Source: Bacteroidales bacterium (GTDB lineage Bacteria; Bacteroidota; Bacteroidia; Bacteroidales; VadinHA17). From it: a stretch of DNA of 64,000 nt. The DNA lies in NCBI GenBank assembly GCA_003141895.1, contig PLNT01000018.1:85647-149646 (forward strand), written 5' to 3'. Positions 63,842-64,000 of the stretch are shown here, piece by piece. The number at the start of each line of letters is the position of its first letter. Within the stretch, counting starts at the first letter, position 1. The notes beneath the pieces are model-generated. The model saw only the letters and a list, made by a program, of their open reading frames with translations. It searched no databases and was not told where the DNA came from. A program made the translations under genes and the position numbers.

Positions 63842-64000
63842 TTAGACCTTCGCTAATGCTTTTGAAACTATTCCTTCAAGTTCTCTATATTCTTCGAATC
63901 CGACAGACAATCTTATCATACCCGGCTCAGGATATTTAGTTCCCCATACCGCTTCAACAGGCATAAGAATCGTATGTGCATCTCCAAGAGTGGGTATCAG
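63842..64000 (-). CDS. 3' end of a PLP-dependent Cys/Met-metabolism-type enzyme gene (partial, runs off the window)
   Basis: Hand translation of the minus strand gives ...LIPTLGDAHTILMPVEAVWGTKYPEPGMIRLSVGFEEYRELEGIVSKALAKV*. The RLSVG[FIL]E... tail is typical of the cystathionine/OAH-sulfhydrylase fold family. Confidence 0.45.
   Translation of the reverse strand: MIPTLGDAHTILMPVEAVWGTKYPEPGMIRLSVGFEEYRELEGIVSKALAKV

Noticed and set aside
1-64000. tRNA, rRNA or tmRNA genes.
   Set aside because: I scanned for T-loop-like GGTTCGAATCC/GTTCGAATC patterns and rRNA-like conserved blocks. The only TTCGAATCC-like hits lie inside coding regions (for example about 63894) with no cloverleaf context.

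Overview
AT-rich segment (high-30s % GC by eye) whose gene content and layout fit an anaerobic Bacteroidota chromosome. Supporting features are a CarboxypepD_reg-type TonB receptor next to a DUF4249-like lipoprotein, an ECF sigma/anti-sigma pair, a GH78 rhamnose locus, a glycyl-radical enzyme and radical-SAM genes. I call about 53 CDS. I saw no rRNA, tRNA, CRISPR array, transposase or integrase. Recognisable blocks are: housekeeping genes (MFS, MBL hydrolase, rpiB, MDR oxidoreductase, dienelactone hydrolase); ECF sigma/anti-sigma with two DUF4097 paralogs; an orphan FtsX permease; a glycyl-radical enzyme with its activase; DUF4249 with a TonB receptor; asnB; a TetR-HlyD-MFS-TolC efflux operon; an L-rhamnose locus (kinase, rhaA, rhaM, rhaT, GH78); arfB; ung. 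The most unusual region is 22.3-33.2 kb, a co-directional and largely overlapping gene string. It combines a NuoE-NuoF fusion flavoprotein, a NuoG/HydA N-terminal-only FeS protein, a NapH-like membrane polyferredoxin, a Tat-signal NapG-like ferredoxin and an unannotated 55-aa Cys-rich membrane peptide. These sit among four membrane-anchored or secreted beta-propellers (three PQQ-like, one NHL-like), and no known terminal oxidoreductase is present. A fourth PQQ-like paralog closes a convergent VTC/DUF4956/DUF2490 operon. A second candidate is a lysine-2,3-aminomutase gene followed by two Ddl-like ATP-grasp ligases and a DUF486 membrane protein. Intergenic DNA carries several families of short GC-rich nested-hairpin repeats. 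One is a 77-nt element present twice with identical arms, with a third, inverted copy split by inserted hairpins. All functional calls rest on motif recognition by eye; no database search was run.
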